Position numbers and translations under genes: made by a program
Assembly: GCA_002189035.1 (NCBI GenBank)
Contig: NEEC01000447.1
Coordinates: 1-21,099 of the forward strand
DNA from: Utricularia gibba
Taxonomy: Eukaryota; Plantae; Magnoliophyta
Direction of reading: 5' to 3'
Length of the DNA: 21,099 nt
Notes under the pieces: model-generated
Told to the model about the DNA's origin: nothing
The model's input: the letters and a program-made list of their open reading frames with translations, nothing else
Database searches by the model: none
Shown: positions 20,884 through 21,099 of the stretch, piece by piece
How the letters are laid out: each line of letters starts with the position of its first letter
Position numbering within the stretch: position 1 is the first letter of the stretch

Positions 20884-21099
20884 ATAATCATATGATATAG
20901 GTTTATTAAATTATAAATAATTGAAATGCATTATTTATTAAACCGTAGGATAACTGTGAAAGCTTCTTTGACTTAATTGTTACCATTTGATCCTCAGTTG
21001 TACTTTGGATGGAGTGTGTATTTTACTTTAGTCAATTTAATTAGCATTCGATCCTTGGTTATGATTCAGATCATATTTGCTATTTTTTTACTTTAAATA
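20884..21099. mobile_element. Foldback element, copy 10 (left arm only, truncated by the window end)
   Basis: Matches about 88-303 of copy 1. Confidence 0.65.

Larger units (their letters stand above)
1..21099. repeat. Head-to-tail tandem array (macrosatellite/concatemer) of a ~2.3-kb monomer, 9 full copies + 1 partial, running off both window ends
   Basis: CCCATGGGTCATGCAAACTGTAATACCC recurs at 1, 2330, 4645, 6919, 9215, 11522, 13838, 16166, 18476 and 20797, always in the same orientation, with collinear near-identical sequence between occurrences. Confidence 0.99.

Noticed and set aside
1-21099. rDNA array (45S or 5S)
   Set aside because: No 18S, 5.8S, 25S or 5S sequence is recognisable and there is no TATATAGGGG-type Pol I start site. 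CTTAAGTATAAAGTG (1521) only weakly resembles one. An IGS-derived origin of the subrepeats remains untested.

Overview
The whole window lies inside one head-to-tail tandem array of a ~2.3-kb monomer: 9 complete copies plus the start of a 10th. Phased on CCCATGGGTC, copies start at 1, 2330, 4645, 6919, 9215, 11522, 13838, 16166, 18476 and 20797 (lengths 2329, 2315, 2274, 2296, 2307, 2316, 2328, 2310, 2321). I found no recognisable protein-coding gene, rRNA, tRNA or CRISPR array; the listed ORFs are short products of the repeats and frameshift from copy to copy. The monomer is highly structured. (i) An AT-rich ~0.9-kb foldback (88-984 in copy 1) has arms built from 62-bp subrepeats, each carrying a TCGATCC-N13-GGATCGA-type dyad, and a perfect 13-bp GC-rich stem at its apex. 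(ii) A ~270-bp single-copy segment follows. (iii) A GC-rich mini-array of six ~150-bp monomers alternates A/B as ~300-bp dimers. (iv) A 50-bp duplication re-uses the apex motif. (v) A cluster of short AACCC/GGGTT hairpins closes the unit. Differences between copies are almost all small deletions and homopolymer changes, as expected from long-read error on nearly identical copies. My best interpretation (inference) is a eukaryotic, probably plant, macrosatellite or rolling-circle-type concatemer derived from a non-autonomous foldback/long-TIR transposon-like element. The organism and family cannot be identified without a database search.
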